A DNA stretch of 64,000 nucleotides from Octopus vulgaris (lineage: Eukaryota), in NCBI GenBank assembly GCA_951406725.2, contig OX597832.1:42222001-42286000 (forward strand), written 5' to 3'. The notes below the pieces were generated by a model. That model searched no databases. It saw only the letters and a list, made by a program, of their open reading frames with translations, and had not been told where the DNA came from. Below are positions 62,748 to 64,000 of the stretch, piece by piece. How positions within the stretch are numbered: the first letter of the stretch is position 1; every line of letters begins with the position of its first letter. The translations under genes were made by a program, and so were the position numbers.

Positions 62748-62778
<31 letters not shown>

Positions 62779-62817
62779 AAAGAGAGTGCGTGTGTGTGTG
62801 TGAAAGAGAGAGAGAAA
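62012..62817. repeat. Compound (GA)n/(GT)n satellite with GAAA punctuation
   Basis: Direct reading. Confidence 0.97.
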
Positions 62818-64000
62818 GCATTAACACTCAAACTGTCATTGTTTCCTGTGTCAAAGGAGTCTTCTTGTGGTTGTGAGGTTAAGTTCGCTTTAACTACGTG
62901 GTTTCGAGATCGATTTCACTGCACGCCACCTTGGACAAGTGCATCCTCTAAAAACGTGGCTTCCGAACGATCGAAGCCTTGTGAAATTTGGTAGACGTGT
63001 TCTTGGACACTCGCCCTGCCACCTTTGTCTAACATCGCCACTTTGATCGTTAGTTGATTTTTAGAAGAGATCACACCGTTTCAAATATCCAGGCCAGGTT
63101 CTTGGCCAGTCGGCAACTTTCTACCATCCTTAAAGTCTCGTAAGCCTTGAAAAGAGCCATGGGCTCTAGTCTTCCCACTGACCAAATTCCCTTCCCTTAA
63201 AATTAATCGAAAGTTGAAATATTCAAAATTGATTGATTGATTCTTGAATAAGGAATAAATTCTAATTGTCATTAAGGAGCGAGGCATTAAAACCACAAAT
63301 TCTTCTTTCCAGTGTTAAAGAATTCGTGCCTTAATACATTCCCGAATGCAAAAGGGATATAAATTTTCGTTGAATATAATTTACATATCCCACTATTTCG
63401 ATTTTTTAATTGTTAATAAGATTCAGTTAAAAATAATTTTTAATCCTTCAAAATATTAAAAAAAAAATGAAAGGAAGATGGCAGAATGAGCCTTGCAACC
63501 ATAAACTCCCTAAATTACCTAAAAAGGCAGGGCACGAATCCTGCATCTATTAACTTGTCCATCAAAACCGAGGAAAGGGAGCTTTCATTCCCCCCGCCCC
63601 CACCTCCCATGCACCAACGACATTCTAACCGAACCATCCTCGATTCCGACATCACAGTGCAAAAGCGATGTTGTGGAATTGATGCTTCGCCGTTCGGTTT
63701 TCTTTATCGTATTCAGCTATTCCACTTGCTTTTCCGAAGGCAATGGAAAAAATATGATGCTTTGTACCTTTCTAAAAATATGATGCCTTGTACCTTTCTA
63801 ACATTCCTGTTTAAGCCGGAATAAAAAAAATTAATTATAAATTTCATACTAACTGACGTTACGCCGTCTCCAAGAGAGCCCCACAATTTAATAAGTAACC
63901 ATACCTCTAAACAGCACCAAACATAATGCCACCGTCAATAATCTACATCTACTAAGCTTAACAATTTTTATCCCAACATAACTAACACCCACCGATTATT

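Noticed and set aside
60502-62831. 343-, 206-, 284- and 275-aa ORFs
   Set aside because: Translations of GA/GT satellites that lack stop codons by composition.

Overview
Eukaryotic, AT-rich, microsatellite- and SINE-dense DNA. The repeat types point to an octopod cephalopod (inference, not a database result). The only supportable protein-coding gene is on the minus strand: eight phase-consistent GT-AG coding exons (38706 down to 27100). They encode about 445 aa of an extended short-chain dehydrogenase/reductase (DFR/CCR/Gre2-like) with an intact Ser/YxxxK catalytic set, a degenerate NADP(H) adenosine pocket and a ~95-aa E/K/D/A-rich tail. Its first exon is unresolved, and a repeat-free ~3 kb 3' UTR is likely. 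The rest is repeats: several SINE families, RTE and CR1/L2-type LINE fragments, a non-autonomous Helitron, hAT, mariner and piggyBac-like MITEs, and Penelope-like fragments. The most notable unannotated structures are a complete type I hammerhead ribozyme (minus, ~15893-15960) nested in an inverted repeat, an inverted pair of variant minimal hammerheads (43.3-43.7 kb), a ~190-bp near-perfect palindrome (16524-16717), and a Cys-rich uORF bracketed by two mutually exclusive helices upstream of the gene (41407-41506). Most ORFs in the supplied track are microsatellite or SINE artefacts.
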